From positions 14,074,001 to 14,138,000 of the forward strand of contig OX597825.1 in NCBI GenBank assembly GCA_951406725.2: a stretch of 64,000 bases of DNA. The letters are read 5' to 3'. Source of the stretch: Octopus vulgaris (Eukaryota). The stretch's first letter is position 1. Each line of letters starts with the position of its first letter. The translations under genes and the position numbers were made by a program. The notes beneath the pieces were generated by a model, which did no database searches, was not told where the DNA came from, and saw nothing but the letters and a program-made list of their open reading frames with translations. This document shows positions 1 through 13,129 of this stretch, piece by piece.

Positions 1-89
1 ACTGCATGCGGTGGATAAAGTGTTGGGTCGCATGTGTGGAACACATTTTCCATCCCCTTAGTGAAATCGGCCATTAAGATGTTGAACTT

Positions 90-180
90 GGACCAGGTAT
101 TAGGAGGCCACGGGTTTGGCATAGTGCGAATAAAGGATTTGGATCTTGTTATTCCTAGTTTCCAGCCAGAGTTCAGTGTC
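90..180 (-). pseudogene. Decayed Penelope-like retroelement RT (thumb region) fragment
   Basis: Minus-strand translation DTELWLETRNNKIQILYSHYAKPVAS*YLV resembles the PLE RT C-terminal motif LDxxxW...ILYxHYxKPxAS. It has an in-frame stop. Confidence 0.4.
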
Positions 181-347
181 TATTCAGTGTCTTCTATTTC
201 TTACGTAAAAATATAGGTTTATATCATATGATCTCTTAGATAATTACAACATGTAACTCTCATAAATGTACTTGAAACACAAGTTATTCAGTCCTACTCA
301 TTCCAGTGTAGATAACAGACTTTATTTGACGATAGTGAGTCTGTCTT

Positions 348-727
348 CGTTAGCACGCCGGGCGAAATGCTTAGCGGTATTTCGTTTGTCTTTACGTTCT
401 GAGTTCAAATTCCGCCGAGGTCGATTTTGCCTTTCGTCCTTTCGGGGTCGATAAATTAAGTACCAGTGGCGCACTGGGGTCGATGTAATCGACTTAATAC
501 CTATGTCTGTATTTGTTTGTCCCCTCTATGTTTAGCCCCTTGTGGGTAATAAAGAAATAGGTATTTCGTTTGTCTTTACGTTCTGAGTTCAAATTCCGCC
601 GAGGTCGACTTTGCCTTTCATCCTTTCAGGGTCGATAAACTAAGCACCAGTTTGTGTTCTGGGATCGATCTAATTGACTGGCCCCCTCCCCCAAAATTTC
701 GAGCCTTATGCCTAGAGTAGAAAAGAT
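348..727 (+). mobile_element. tRNA-derived SINE family A, dimeric copy
   Basis: Head CGTTAGCACGCCGGGCGAAATGCTTAGCG, B-box GAGTTCAAATTCC, and core CCGAGGTCGACTTTGCCTTTCATCCTTTCGGGGTCGATAAATTAAGTACCAG present twice. More than 15 copies in the window. Confidence 0.85.
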
Positions 728-1159
728 TGTGTGCTACAAGGACAAGGCTCAATGGGAAAGTTCTGTACAACATTCTCCCAAAACAGATTGACGCGTAAGC
801 TATCTAAGATATAAAACCTGCTCCTACTTGCTTAATTGATTTTTATGTCAGAGGAACTGATGAAGAAGTGACTGGCTATTCAATATCTACAACTTGTCAT
901 TCTCTTAAACCACCACATAAATATTGTTGTCTGAGCGCATCGTTTCCTATGTTTCTGCTGAACAAGTCTCAACAACTTTCTTTGTCCATTTATTGCAACG
1001 CTTTCTTTTGATATTATTGGGCCTTCTCCAAATCGATTACTATCTTATCTGTCTAGTCTGTCTAAATTAGGTGTCCGGGTTTACTCAGTCCGGCTTACAT
1101 ATATCTTGTGTTAGCTCTATAAACTAGACAACGATAGAACATGAAAAAGCCTGACTTTT

Positions 1160-1530
1160 GGAAGCACTCCGTCGGTTACGACGATGAGGGTTCCGGTTGA
1201 TCCGAATCAACGGAACAGCCTGCTCGTGAAATTAACGTGTAAGTGGCTGAGCACTCCACAGACACGCGTACCCTTAACGTAGTTCTCGGGGATATTCAGC
1301 GTGACACAGAGAGTGACAAGGCCGGCCCCTTGAAATACAGGTACAGAAACAGGAAGTAAGAGTGAGAGAAAGTTGTGGTGAAAGAGTACAGCAGGGATCA
1401 CCACCATCCCCTGCCGGAGCCTCGTGAAGCTGTAGGTGTTTTCGCTCAATAAACACTCACAACGCCCAGTCTGGGAATCGAAACCGCGATCCTATGACCG
1501 CGAGTCCACTGCCCTAACCATTGTGCCTCC
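1160..1530 (-). mobile_element. tRNA-derived SINE, OR1-like family
   Basis: Reverse complement of the copy at 37321-37705 (tRNA head with GTTTCGATTCC B-box). Flanked by an imperfect TSD AAAGCCTGACT/AAAGCATGACT. Confidence 0.85.
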
Positions 1531-1954
1531 ATACAAAGCATGACTAGGCTATCCATCACAACAGGGAAAGATGTCTACGTTTATGTAACTCATTGACATT
1601 TTAATATCTAACCTCAATTCCAACGATGCTAACGTATCCAAGTTAATAAAGTCATTTGCGTAGTATCCCCAAGCATAATATATTATAGATTTGACTGCAA
1701 TAGTTCGAAATATTTGAACTGTATAATAAGAAATTAATGTAATCAGCCATGCTCTGAGATAAGCAAGAATCATAATATTTCTATATAAGAATGAAACCTG
1801 GAATGGTTTCATACCTCCTCTTCTGTTAATAGTAAAAGTTTAAGCGATTAAAAGCATTTAACTTGGAACTATATGAATAATAAACACTTACTGAATGGTA
1901 AGAATAAACTATACTCATAAGTGTTATAAAACAATTTAGCTATGATTCAAAATC

Positions 1955-2143
1955 ACTTGACAACCGATGCCGGTGTCTTTACGTCCCCGTAACTTAGCGG
2001 TTCGGCAAAAGAGACCGATAGAATAAGTACTAGGTTTACAAAGAATAAGTCGTGCGGTCGATTTGCTCGACTAAAGGCGGTGCTCCAGCATGACCGCAGT
2101 CAAATGACTGAAAACAAGTAAAAGAGTAAAAGAGTAAAGAGTA
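1955..2143 (+). mobile_element. SINE family B, 3' half
   Basis: CTTGACAACCGATGC...GGCGGTGCTCCAGCATG...(GTAAAAGA)n tail shared with the full copies. Confidence 0.8.
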
Positions 2144-2292
2144 AAACAGGTGAGATAAGACCAGAAGACCAAAAGTTGAAATTGTAGCGGGAAAACGAAA
2201 ACTATTGAAGATTGTTGGACTCCAACAAGAAGGATCAATCTGCAGTAGTTTAGTGGTTAAGTGCAGATGCAGATGCAGCTGCAAACTGGTCG

Positions 2293-2343
<51 letters not shown>

Positions 2344-2629
2344 CTCACATACCCATACGCGCGCGGCTCTCACAAACAGTCTCATAAGTTGATAAAAAAA
2401 TCACCGAAACGAAACAAGCCAGTATCTTCTTACTTTCGAGTAAAAGTAATTTCCGCTGAACCGTAATGAGTAAGAAAATAACCAAACTCTAGAATAACAG
2501 CGAACAGTTTAAGCATACTAAAATAATTGAGAGTTAATCGTAAATACGTTGTTTACGTACCTAGAAAGAAAAAAAAAACGCAGAAAAACACTGTTTTGCT
2601 TCAGCGACATGTCAGTTGACAGTGGGTTC

Positions 2630-4437
2630 GAATTTTGGCACAGGACCAGTACTTTCTTAAGGGAGAGGATAAGTTGTGTACATCGACCCACTGCTTAATC
2701 TGGTGCTTATTTCATCGGTCCTGAAGGATGAAAAGCAAGGTCGACCTCGGCGGAATTTGAACTCGGAAAGTAAAATTAGTGGGAAGAAGTACCGCAATAT
2801 ACATTTTCCCTTAATCTATAACAATTCTGTTAATAAAAAGAATAATAATACGGCTTAATAAAAGTAATAATATTTTTCTACTTTTTGGCACAAAGTCAGA
2901 AAATTTGAGGGGAGGACCAAGTCGGGTAGTTCGACTCTAATGCTTCACAGGTACTTATTCGATCTACCTCCAAAAGGACGAAAGGTTATGTCGACTGCGG
3001 TGGTATTTAAGCTCAGAATATTAGGCCGAAAAATATGGTACTAAGCATTGTCATTCTCGTGTTTTCTAAACTAATTACATATTCGTGTTCTTGATTATCT
3101 CCGGTGCAATAATTATTCAACTTTACAAGGCGGTGAGCTACCAGAAACGTTAGCACGCCGGGCGAAATGCTTAACGGTATTTCGTCTGTCGTTACCTTCA
3201 GAGTTCAAATTCCGCCGAGGTCGACTTTACCTTTCATCCTTTCGGGGTCGATAAATTAAGTACCAGTTACGCACTGGGGTCGATGTAACCGACTTAATAC
3301 CTATGTCTGTCCTTGTTTGTCCCCTCTTGTGGGTAATAAAGAAATAGGTATTTCGTCTGCCGTTACCTTTTGAGTTCAAATTCCGCCGAGGTCGACTTTG
3401 CCTTTCATCCGTTCGGGATCGATTAAATAAGTACCAGTTACGCACTGGGGTCGATTATATCGACTTAATTCGCCTGTCTGTCCTTGTTTGTCCACTCTGT
3501 GCGTAACACCTTGTGGGTAGTAAAGAAATAGGTATTTTGTCTGTCTTTATGTTCTGAGATCAAATTCCGCCGAGGTCGACTTTGCCTTTCATCCTTTCGG
3601 GGTCGATAAATTAAGTACCAGTTATGTACTGGATCGATATAATTGACTAGTTTCGACCCTCAAAATTTCAGGCCTTGTACCTAGAATAGAAAAAGACTAC
3701 TCAACTTGTCGAGCTGGCAGAATCGTTAGCTCGCTTGGTGGAATTTCGTCCTCCTTACGTTGTAGGTTCGAATTCCTCGCAGATCGACTTTCTCTTTTAT
3801 CCTTTCGGGGTGGATAAAATAAGTACCACTTGAGCTCAGGGGTCGATAAAATCGATTTAGTCCCTTCCCTTACAAGTTTTACGTTATTTTGTTAACTTAT
3901 TTGTTTTATTCGTCAGGTTACAACAAAAGCAGCCAAGCATTAAAAGTAGAGGCCATCTCGGCAGAATTTGAACCCAGAACGCAGCGATAGACGAAATGGC
4001 ACTAAGCGTTTCACCTGGCTTGCTAACAATTCTTTTCTACTCTAGGCACAAGGCCCAAATTTTGGGGTTTTTTTTTGTGGTGGTGGGGCAGTCGGTTAGA
4101 TGGACCCCAGTACGCAGCTGGTACTTAATTTATGGACCCCGGCGAGCTGGCAGAAACGTTAGTACGCCGGACGAAATGCTTAGCGGTATTTCGTCTGCCG
4201 TTACGCTGTGAGTTCAAATTCCGCCGAGGTCGACTTTGCCTTTCGTCCATTCGGGGTCGATAAATTAAGTACCAGTTACGCACTGGGGTCGACGTAATCG
4301 ACTTAATACCTATGTCTGTCCTTGTTTGTCCCCTCTATGTTTAGCCCCTTTTAAGTAATAAAGAAATAGGTACTTAATTTATGGACCCCGAAAGGATGAA
4401 AAGCAATCTCGCTCTCGGTGGTATTTGAACTCAGAAC
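2630..4437. mobile_element. Cluster of nested SINE family A copies in both orientations
   Basis: Minus copies at about 2630-2770, 2875-3050, 3955-4020 and 4030-4437. Plus copies at 3127-3695 (three units), 3709-3870 and 4141-4370 (nested, 21-bp TSD). Confidence 0.8.
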
Positions 4438-4789
4438 GAAGTAACCCTAACATTTCAAAACTTTGGCTCAACACAATAAATTTCCGGAGATGTTTATGCT
4501 TTCGCTGAAAAAGAAAAAGATGACGAACGTTTTCTTCTAAGACCATAAGCTTATCCAAGATATTCAACCAGTGGATCATTATTTAATCCTCTCGCATGGA
4601 CTGTGTGCAATACAACCATACAAATGATGGATTGCACAAATAACCATATTGAAGCATGACATAGACATTGTGATTCCATCGTTAGATTATATTCAAATGT
4701 TTATTCCCTGTTGAATACTTTACGAAAAAACAAACAAACAAAACAGTATCCTATTAATGTTCAAATAACTGTGGTGCTTGCTTTATACA

Positions 4790-5470
<681 letters not shown>

Positions 5471-5594
5471 GCAAAACAATGCTAAAAGCGATCTTTCATT
5501 CACTGAAAAGAATTCGAACTTTTGCGCTGATATTTTGCATTATCTTACGTGTACCGCATACAATATCAGATATAAATTAAGTTTCGTTCTTCAT

Positions 5595-6530
5595 CTGCCG
5601 CTACTACGTTCTGAGTTCAAATTCCGCCGAGGTCGACTTTGCCTTTAATCCTTTCGGGGTCGATAAATAAGTACCAGTTACGCACTGGAATCCATATAAT
5701 CGACCTAATCCGTTTGTCTGCCCTTGTTTGTCCTCTCTGTGTTTAGCCCCTTGTGGTTAGCAAAGAAATAGGTATTTCGTCTGCCGTTACGTTCTGAGTT
5801 CAAATTCCGCCGAGGTCGACTTTGCCTTTCATCCTTTCGGGGTCGATAAATAAGTACCAGTTACGCACCGGAATCCATATAATCGACCTAATCCGTTTGT
5901 CTGCCCTTGTTTGTCCTCTCTGTGTTTAGCCCCTTGTGGTTAGCAAAGAAATAGGTATTTCGTCTGCCGTTACGTTCTGAGTTCAAATTCCGCCGAGGTC
6001 GACTTTGCCTTTAATCCTTTCGGGGTCGATAAATAAGTACCAGTTACGCACTGGAATCCATATAATCGACCTAATCCGTTTGTCTGCCCTTGTTTGTCCT
6101 CTCTGTGTTTAGCCCCTTGTGGTCAGCAAAGAAATAGGTATTTCGTCTGCCGTTACGTTCTGAGTTCAAATTCCGCCGAGGTCGACTTTGCCTTTAATCC
6201 TTTCGGGGTCGATAAATAAGTACCAGTTACGCACCGGAATCCATATAATCGACCTAATCCGTTTGTCTGCCCTTGTTTGTCCTCTCTGTGTTTAGCCCCT
6301 TGTGGTTAGCAAAGAAATAGGTATTTCGTCTGCCGTTACGTTCTGAGTTCAAATTCCGCCGAGGTCGACTTTGCCTTTCATCCTTTCGGGGTCGATTAGA
6401 TAAGTACCAGTTACGCACTGGGGTCGATATAATCGACTTAATACTTTTGTCTGTCCTTGTTTGTCTTCTCCGTGTTTAGCCCCTTGTGGGTAGTATTTCG
6501 TCTGCCGTTACGTTCTGAGTTCAAATCCTG
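5595..6530 (+). repeat. Tandem array of five 183-bp SINE-A internal units plus a partial unit
   Basis: GTTCTGAGTTCAAAT recurs at 5608, 5791, 5974, 6157, 6340 (period 183) and 6512. Confidence 0.92.
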
Positions 6531-6992
6531 CCACTCTTCCCGAAAATTCCCTGCCTTATGCTTCCATCAAGTTTTATGTCTTGTTTAGACATTCCTCAGA
6601 TCCAAAGGACGTTATTGTTTTTGCTTTTTTTTTTCTCCAGCATAAAATGTAAAAGATTTGCGTTTGCATTTTATGGTTTATATTTATCAAGTCGATTAGA
6701 TAAGTACCAGTTACGCACTGGGGTCGATATAATCGACTTAATACTTTTGTCTGTCCTTGTTTGTCTTCTCCGTGTTTAGCCCCTTGTGGGTAGTATTTCG
6801 TCTGCCGTTACGTTCTGAGTTCAAATCCTGCCACTCTTCCCGAAAATTCCCTGCCTTATGCTTCCATCAAGTTTTATGTCTTGTTTAGACATTCCTCAGA
6901 TCAAAAAGGACGTTATTGTTTTTGCTTTTTTTTTCTCCAGCATAAAATGTAAAAGATTTGCGTTTGCATTTTATGGTTTATATTTATCAAGT
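6391..6992. repeat. Near-perfect 300-bp tandem duplication
   Basis: GTCGATTAGATAAGTACCAG at 6391 and 6691. Both copies end in TATTTATCAAGT. Confidence 0.9.
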
Positions 6993-7141
6993 TATATGTC
7001 ATCATACGTTCATTAAAAATAATATTATTAGGGGCTGAAGACTCTGATATCAGGACAGGAAATTTGATGTAACCATGTGTAATAACTAGCTTGTATTGCA
7101 ACACACACACACACACACACACATGCATATGCATATATATA

Positions 7142-7171
<30 letters not shown>

Positions 7172-7191
<20 letters not shown>

Positions 7192-7395
7192 TGTATATAT
7201 ATCAATATATCTGTGTTTGTTTCTACCTCTGTGTCTCTGCGTGTGCGAACAATTTATTCATTATATAACGTTGTTCATGTATGTATAAATATATACACAC
7301 ACACACACATGTATATATATCAATATATCTGTGTTTGTTTCTACCTCTGTGTCTCTGCGTGTGCGAACAATTTATTCATTATATAACGTTGTTCA
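7172..7395. repeat. Tandem duplication of about 118 bp beside a (TA)n/(CA)n tract
   Basis: CAATATATCTGTGTTTG at 7203 and 7321. Confidence 0.85.
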
Positions 7396-7786
7396 GTCAT
7401 ATTAGGAAAAAAACCTGACATTTTTAATGTTTTTTTCTTATATTTCCTATAATTTTTTGCATCCGACCATTGTTCTTGTTGAATAAATCTAAGATCGTTT
7501 GTTTGTGCAGGACAATATATCATTCTGTAATGGAAATTACTTTATGCAACAATATCCTTAGCTTGAAGCCAGAAGCAACCTTATCAGGTGAGATTTTTTT
7601 TCTTTTCTATATATGTGTGTGTCTGTGTGTGTTTGTGTGAGAGCCTGAACCGAAGTCGTAGTTTTCGTTTCTTTTGTTTTTCCACTTTGTTCTCTTCTAT
7701 ATATTTTGTTTTTTCTATATCCTCATTATAATAATGCTGCCATTTAATGATGTATTCGATTATTTTCATATTTTCTTTAATAGCAG

Positions 7787-8183
7787 ATGGGTGGCTGTGT
7801 GGTAAGTAGCTTGCTAACCAACCACATGGTTCCGGGTTCAGTCCAGTCCCACTGCGTGGCATCTTGGGCAAGTGTCTTCTGCTATAGCCCCGGGCCGACC
7901 AATGCCTTGTGAGTGGATTTGGTAGACGGAAACTGAAAGAAGCCTGTCGTATATATGTATATATATATATATATATGTGTTTGTGTGTCTGTGTTTGTCC
8001 CCCTAGCATTGCTTGGTGTATTTACGTCCCCGTAACTTAGCGGTTCGGCAAAAGAGACCGATAGAATAAGTACCGGGCTTACAAAGAATAAGTCCCGGGG
8101 TCGATTTACTCGACTAAAGGCGGTGCTCCAGCATGGCCGCAGTCAAATGACTGAAACAAGTAAAAGAGTAAAAGAGTAAAAGA
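7787..8183 (+). mobile_element. SINE family B, near full length
   Basis: tRNA-like head GTGGCTGTGTGGTAAGTAGCTTGC...GGTTCAGTCCC, CORE-like CTTGGGCAAGTGTCTT, internal (TA)n/(TG)n and a (GTAAAAGA)n tail. Confidence 0.9.
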
Positions 8184-8454
8184 GCAGATGGGTGGGTGGA
8201 TGAAGAATTCTTGATGAAGATGAAGAAAGACATTACAGCATAACACTAACTTTTCTCTCATTCCATTAGGATTTAGAAAATAAAATAACAAATGACATTT
8301 TTTTTTTTTGGTTATTGTTTATTTCCAAGATCAACCTCTGATTTAGTGACTCTGTCAAACAAAGTCGTTCCAACTGTGACATTCCGGTAATTTTTTCAGA
8401 CACTGGTTTATCTTGATGTACGTAGTCTACTGCATTCCATCGATATCAATCAGG

Positions 8455-8673
8455 TGTGTTCCCTGTATCCAAAGGTTATCTGGAAGAATTCTCCCAGCTC
8501 CTTGCTACCGATAGGTAGATTGGTGTTTTCTTCACTATGTATATACACACACTCACACATGCACACGCACACACACACACACATATATATATATATACCG
8601 CTTTGTCGGGGAATCGAAACTACAATTTTCCGATCGGAAGTGCAATACACTAACCACTAGGCCACCACACTCC
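8455..8673 (-). mobile_element. Degenerate OR-like tRNA SINE
   Basis: GGAATCGAAAC...CTAACCACTAGGCCA is the reverse complement of a tRNA-like head with A and B boxes. Confidence 0.6.
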
Positions 8674-8933
8674 TACCTTCCCATTTTTGACTAAAAAAGA
8701 TTGATGTTGCTTGTTGGTCAATGTGTCATGTAAAGTAACATCGACACAGAAAATTCGTAATTTTTGAGCAGTTTCTATGAGAGCAGAGACACCTTTTCAA
8801 TTGATGAGAGATTTCGTTCAGGGCTAGAGAGGATTTTAGAGAAGAAAGTCTATTACGGTGTGAAAGGACACACGAAATTGTAATTCCATAGACGTTTGTC
8901 TCAACATAAGCAGAATCGAGAGATAAGAGAGAT

Positions 8934-8973
<40 letters not shown>

Positions 8974-9141
8974 AATCGAGAGCGACACAGAGAGACAGAG
9001 AGACGAAAGACATTAACTATTGAAGTGTTAGGGTCGGTGATCAGCGTCTTATTTAATTTTTACAATTTAAAATATATATGATTTAGTAAGGGTTGGACAG
9101 GTTCCGAGAAAGGAGAGCAATTTAGAATCATAACTTAATAA

Positions 9142-9257
9142 TTCTATAGTTAAGAGATGAGGAATTATGTACGTTATTTACATTATTTACATATGACGTA
9201 GTAGTTAAGAGCGCGGGCTACTAACCCCAAGATTCCGAGCTCGATTCCAGGCAGTGA

Positions 9258-9302
<45 letters not shown>

Positions 9303-9465
9303 CAATAATAATGATAACATCGAAAAATACCTTAGGAATGAGAACCTAGGTTCGAAATTTTCCCCCCATGACACCTGATGAAAGCTGGAGGGTATATCAA
9401 CCGAAACGTTGCGTTAAAAACAAACAAGATGAGAACAAATATCCGTCAAGTGTAAATAATGTATA
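9142..9465 (+). mobile_element. Family E element: inverted 3' tail, tRNA-like head, (AAT)n, then a hammerhead-bearing tail
   Basis: 9142-9198 is the reverse complement of the family 3' end (compare 63156-63212). tRNA-like segment about 9194-9260, (AAT)n 9262-9318, HHR motif 9370-9415. Confidence 0.75.
9370..9415 (+). ncRNA. Minimal type I hammerhead ribozyme motif (partly decayed)
   Basis: GACAC-CTGATGA-A-AGCTG..CAACC-GAAAC-GTT-GCGTT. There are mismatches in stems I and II relative to the 15316 copy. Confidence 0.6.
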
Positions 9466-9469
9466 TAGC

Positions 9470-9858
9470 TTAAATTTAGTAGTGGAATTAATCTAGAATC
9501 GTTGGGTTTCGAGTAATAAGGAATTTCGAACTTTTCGGTTCGGTTTACAGAGCTTTTTTTTTAGTAAACTAGGTAACAAATAGATTTTTAATGGAGAAAA
9601 CTTTTGTCGTTGCCCAATCTAATATCGAATATATCAGTAACTAAAATATATTGCAGTACTTCTCAATAATTTTTCTAATGACAATAATATCGTCGGCATA
9701 GGTGTGAACTTCTTTGATATTATTGTCGATAATTGTTGTATTTATCATTGTTTGCAAAGTAGTCGCAGCATCAGTCACACCAAAGCAAAGTCTTGTAGTC
9801 TGAAATGAAAGTCCAATTTGCTCGAATTGCGATGTAACGCTTATTGTCGCTTATTGTC
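9470..9858 (-). pseudogene. Ty3/Gypsy reverse transcriptase remnant
   Basis: Minus translation FQTTRLCFGVTDAATTLQTMINTTIIDNNIKEVHTYADDIIVI (YADD at 9700-9689), followed after stops by ICYLVY and KPNDSRLIPLL. Confidence 0.85.
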
Positions 9859-9863
9859 ATAGA

Positions 9864-10360
9864 ATAAATAAAAATAATAAATGCGCCCTTTTAAAGCCTA
9901 GCCTGGCTCATAGGGCCGGTTTCCTGGTTTCAATGGCGTATGTGTTCCCCAGCCAGTCAATCGCAGCGTTACTCATTTTTGCCAGCTGAGTGAAATGAAG
10001 TGTTTTGCTGAAGAACACAACGCGTCGCCCCGTCCGCGAATCGAAACCACAACCATACGATCATGATGCTGTCACCCTAACCACTAAGCCACGCGCCGCC
10101 ACAGTGGAATAGAATAAATAAAAATGATAAATACGCCCTTTTAAAGCCTAGCCAGGCTCATAGGCCCGGTTTCCCGGTTTATGTGTTCCCCAGCTGGACG
10201 GGACGCTAGTCCATCGCAGCGTTACTCATTTTTGCCTGCTGAGTAAAATGAAGTGCCTTGCTCAAGAACACAACGCGTCGCCCTGTCCAGGAATCGAAAA
10301 CACAACCTTACGATCATGATGCTGACATCCTAACCACTAAGCTACGCGCATCAACAGTGG
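9864..10360 (-). mobile_element. Two tandem OR2-like tRNA/CORE SINE copies inserted into the Gypsy RT
   Basis: Both copies are reverse complements of 54943-55205. ATAGAATA occurs at the left flank, the junction and the right flank. Confidence 0.85.
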
Positions 10361-10361
10361 A

Positions 10362-10410
10362 ATAGAATATGATATTAAGCTTCTTTCCGATTTAGTTTGC
10401 TTAGAATCTG
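10362..10410 (-). pseudogene. Upstream part of the same Gypsy RT (motif A)
   Basis: Minus translation LSKLNRKEA*YHIL resembles FSKLDLKEAYHQI and is collinear with the fragment across the SINE pair. Confidence 0.6.
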
Positions 10411-10712
10411 TACTTGACCTGGGAAACCACATAAGTAACGATGCAACATTCTGGGTGCGTATTACTAAGGTGCTAGCAACATGCAGACAACTGGCTAATC
10501 GGATTCTGAGATCACACAGAATAAGAAAAAAAGCGAAGGTTTTGTGGAGAACATCTATTCTCAGTCTAATGAAAATTGTTGCCAATTGTTGTCGTCACGC
10601 AGGGTTAACCTAAAAGAAGGGCTCGAATTAATCCAAAGTAGTTTAACAAACACGACTGCCTTAACAGAACGAAGTACGGAAGAAGGACTATGGAAGTGAA
10701 TTAAAACAAACT

Positions 10713-10878
10713 AGGCGCAGGAGTGGCTGTGTGGTAAATAGCTTGCTAACCAACCACATGGTTCCGGGTTCAGTCCCACTGCGTGGCATCTTGGGCAAGT
10801 GTCTTCTGCTATAGCCTCGGGCCGACCAAAGCCTAGTGAGTGGATTTGGTAGACGGAAACTGAAAGAAGCCCGTCGTA

Positions 10879-10934
<56 letters not shown>

Positions 10935-11160
10935 TGTGTGTTTGTGTGTCTGTGTTTGTCCCCATAGCATTGGTTGACAACCGATGCTGGTGCGTTTATG
11001 TCCCCGTAACTTAGCGGTTCGGCAAAAGAGACCGATAGAATAAGTACTGGACTTACAAAAGAATAAACCTCGGGGTCGAGTTGCTCGATTAAAGGCGGTG
11101 CTCCAGCATGGCCGCAGTCAAATGACTGAAACAAGTAAAAGAGTAAAGAGTAAAAGAGTA
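10713..11160 (+). mobile_element. SINE family B, full length
   Basis: Runs from the GGCGCAGGAGTGGCTGTGTGG head to the (GTAAAAGA)n tail. A degenerate further copy follows at about 11245-11440. Confidence 0.9.
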
Positions 11161-11920
11161 ATAACACCAGTAATAACATGGTCACTGCCTGTTGCTGAAG
11201 CAATTAAACAAATCTGAGATCGTGTGATGCAACGAAAAGAACAGATGAGTGGATTTGGTAAACAGAAAGTGAACGAAGCCCCTCATGTGTGTGTGACCAC
11301 TGCTTGACAACCGATGCTGCTGTGTCTACGTTCCCGTAACCTAGCGGCTCGGCTAAAGAGTTCGATAAAAAATGTACCAAGTTTTAAAAAGATAATTACT
11401 GGGTCTCGATTCATTTGAGTAAAAGTTCTTCAGGAAGGGGCCCTGTGCTTTCGTCTGGTTGTTTCGTGGTTGCAAATGGAATCTTCGGTCTATCGTGCAG
11501 TTTGTAATACGTCGGACACTAAGCTGGAGTTTTGTTATTCAAATGTGTCTGAGAATTGGACAATTCAACAGAAATATCTAAAAATTTAGTTTTTCAACAT
11601 GTCTACTGAGTGCTTCTAACTTATAAATTAGTATTAAAGCGACGTGACCGAAGAAATTATTCTGTTTTTTATTGTATTTCATTGTGGAGAGACGTGTCCC
11701 TGAGTGCTCTCGGTAACCGGCAAAGAAATCGTTTTGTCCGTGCGAACAATCAGCTCCAGTATTTGAAGTGTAACCGTGTTCGCTTTTGTAGCAAATGGCT
11801 GACTGCCAGTTGTCAACCAAAATATACAATGGGGCACCTCAATTGGATGTATCAATGATTTCAGTCACACAGAACCAAATCAAATTGTTATATATATATA
11901 TAGTCTTTAAAACAAGTTGA

Positions 11921-12053
11921 TTTGGTTCCGTGCGACTTTAAGATTTGTAGGCCCCTAACAGGAGTCCGTGTCTTACACGCTTTGAATTGCCTGAAGGTGT
12001 TGGGCTCCCGTCAGGGGCCTGCGAAACTAGAAGCCACACGGATCCGAACCAAA
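11921..12053. repeat. Imperfect palindrome of about 133 bp (MITE-like)
   Basis: TTTGGTTC..CGTGCGACTTTAAGATTTGTAGGCCCCTAACAGGAGTCC pairs with GGGCTCCCGTCAGGGGCCTGCGAAACTAGAAGCCACACGGATCCGAACCAAA. Confidence 0.7.
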
Positions 12054-12103
12054 ATGTTTTTAATAATGCATGTATGCATGTATGTGTATATACATATATA
12101 TAT

Positions 12104-12290
12104 AGTGAGAATTTACAAAAACAAAAAAAAAAACAAAAACAAAAGACGAAGACGGGTGTGTAAACAGCAAACAGATGTATTAGTTTTTAACACTTGGGAA
12201 GTGAGAAAGTCATTTACGCTTCGAGCCTATGTTCCTCGACAGAAAGGAACACAGAAATAAACAGGGAGAGAAAATAGGAAAAGGTTTAAT
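12104..12290 (-). mobile_element. Penelope-like terminal remnant with a decayed hammerhead-like motif, ending in (TA)n
   Basis: Minus strand reads TTT-CTGTCGA-GGAAC-ATAG-GCTC-GAAGCGTA-AAT. The layout is similar to 55440-55640. Confidence 0.45.
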
Positions 12291-12308
12291 GATATATATA
12301 TATATATC

Positions 12309-12345
<37 letters not shown>

Positions 12346-12454
12346 ATCTATGCTATGTTTGTATGTATCTATATATCTAGCTTTGTATATATATTATATA
12401 TATATACATGCATATCTATACTTGAACGTATCTTTTACGTTTTATTGATTTCAG

Positions 12455-12680
12455 CCAGAAGCTAAGGCCATGCTGGACCACGACCTCTCAGCGTGTTTGA
12501 GTTTCTTTTCTGCATAGTTTCTGATTAAGTAACGGATTGGACGGTGCAGCTCTTCTTTTTTCCTCCTGTTGCGCGATGTGAGTTCATCTGGTGTCTCAGA
12601 CCAAAAATCCATCAGACGCTCGTTGAAGACCTCTACGTCTACCCCTCGCGAAACACTGTGATTGTTTGGCAGAACGCGCA
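12455..12680 (-). pseudogene. CR1-group LINE ORF2 C-terminus and 3' end remnant
   Basis: RGVDVEVFNERLMDFWSETPDELTSR is homologous to REVDVEVFKERLDKFLSEIPDEPAS at 26340-26486. Confidence 0.7.
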
Positions 12681-13057
12681 AACGAAGTAAAACAGTTTTT
12701 GTTGGACTCATTGCTTTCACAAAACATTATCCTACAAACATTCACACATGCATAATCCTGGCACTCAAACGCACACACTCCAACATAAATCTTACTCTTT
12801 TTCTCGCATCTCTCCTTTTATTTTTACACGCACAAATACTCTCCTACGCACATATACCGAAATATTTGGTAATAAGGAGATGATATCTGAAGACACGCAT
12901 GCATGGATGCTGCATAATATCTGATATCATAATAGTTCCATAATTATAGATCTGATTTTGAGACTGTTTCTCTAAAACCAAGAACAGTGATGATTGCGCA
13001 TCTCTGTCAATCTGTTTCCCATTATTTTTTAAAATAAATCTCTGCCCCTTTTATCCT

Positions 13058-13058
<1 letters not shown>

Positions 13059-13129
<71 letters not shown>

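Noticed and set aside
857-910. Hammerhead-like CTGATGA-AGAAGTGAC...GTCATTCT-CTTAAAC
   Set aside because: GAAA is replaced by TAAA and there is no convincing stem I or III. At best a decayed motif.
6391-6992. 300-bp duplication as a functional element
   Set aside because: The near-identical copies start inside a SINE. A simple tandem duplication or assembly overlap explains it.
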